DNA from: Oligoflexus sp.
GTDB lineage: Bacteria; Bdellovibrionota_B; Oligoflexia; Oligoflexales; Oligoflexaceae
DNA: 23,901 nt
Assembly: GCA_041736305.1 (NCBI GenBank)
Contig: JBGSTX010000362.1
Location: forward strand, 1-23,901
Direction of reading: 5' to 3'
A model generated the notes under the pieces. The model searched no databases and was not told the DNA's origin. It was given only the letters and a program-made list of their open reading frames with translations. This document shows positions 23,407 to 23,901 of the stretch, one piece after another; positions within the stretch are counted from its first letter, which is position 1; each line of letters opens with the position of its first letter. A program made the translations under genes and the position numbers.

Positions 23407-23901
23407 ATGCCAACCATATCCTTGGCCACTAAAAATCAACACAAACTCATCGAGCTACAGGCCCTCCTAGGCTCGGAATGGACTCTGCTTCCAGCTCCTG
23501 CAGAAGTTGATTGGGAAGAGACTGGCCGCAGCTTTCGAGCCAATGCTCTGATCAAAGCCGAAGCCCTGCGATCCATGCGGACTGAGCTGGTACTAGCGGA
23601 TGATTCGGGACTTGAAGTTGACGCACTAAACGGCGCACCAGGCATCTACTCAGCTCGTTATGCAGGTGCCAATGCCAAAGATATAGATAACCTTAAAAAG
23701 CTTTTGCGGGTCCTCGAAGGTCTGCCTGAGCAAGAGAGACGTGCAAGATTCGTCTGCGTTCTCTGCCTGATGGACGCAGATGGAGGCATTCATTATTTTG
23801 AGGGAACTTGCTCAGGCACTATTCTGTCTGAGGCCACCGGAATCGGAGGCTTTGGCTACGACCCCATTGTCCGTCCCGACGGTTATGATAAAAGCTTTGC
23901 T
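23407..23901 (+). CDS. rdgB: RdgB/HAM1 non-canonical purine NTP pyrophosphatase (3'-truncated by the window end)
   Basis: Not in the ORF track because there is no stop in the window. Manual translation gives MPTISLATKNQHKLIEL...EETGRSFRANALIKA...ADDSGLEVDALNGAPGIYSARYAG...GFGYDP. Confidence 0.95.
   Translation, partial: MPTISLATKNQHKLIELQALLGSEWTLLPAPAEVDWEETGRSFRANALIKAEALRSMRTELVLADDSGLEVDALNGAPGIYSARYAGANAKDIDNLKKLLRVLEGLPEQERRARFVCVLCLMDADGGIHYFEGTCSGTILSEATGIGGFGYDPIVRPDGYDKSFA

Noticed and set aside
1-23901. CRISPR array, transposase, integrase, prophage or known defence system
   Set aside because: No regularly spaced direct repeats and no ORF with the corresponding motifs were seen.

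Overview
A 23.9-kb chromosomal segment, mostly core or lineage-specific genes, from a bacterium that looks like a member of Bdellovibrionota, probably Oligoflexia. That placement is an inference from the pilin style, GYF-PilZ protein, lipoprotein trypsin and sigma-28 motifs. Recognisable housekeeping genes are class II fba, glutamine-dependent nadE, argS, comM/YifB, chorismate mutase-prephenate dehydrogenase, fabR, bolA, rdgB (partial) and tRNA-Arg(TCT). These are interspersed with exported proteins (Ig-like repeat protein, lipoproteins, trypsin, catalase-like lipoprotein, VWA-like protein) and signalling genes. I see no integrase, transposase, prophage or CRISPR array. The most notable observations are: (1) a bacterial protein carrying the full motif series of the plant/fungal IQM family core (DPxHR ... 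HxS ... AAG ... SGHY); (2) a recurring FliA/sigma-28-type promoter (TAAA-N15-ACCGATAA and variants) 49-61 nt upstream of four unlinked minus-strand units (GYF-PilZ operon, Zn-ribbon microprotein, orphan type IV pilin, pseudo-receiver-TPR plus REC-barrel-REC-barrel operon), suggesting a dispersed, uncharacterised motility or attack-phase signalling regulon; (3) sigma-54-type promoters in front of secreted proteins; and (4) several unexplained intergenic inverted repeats.
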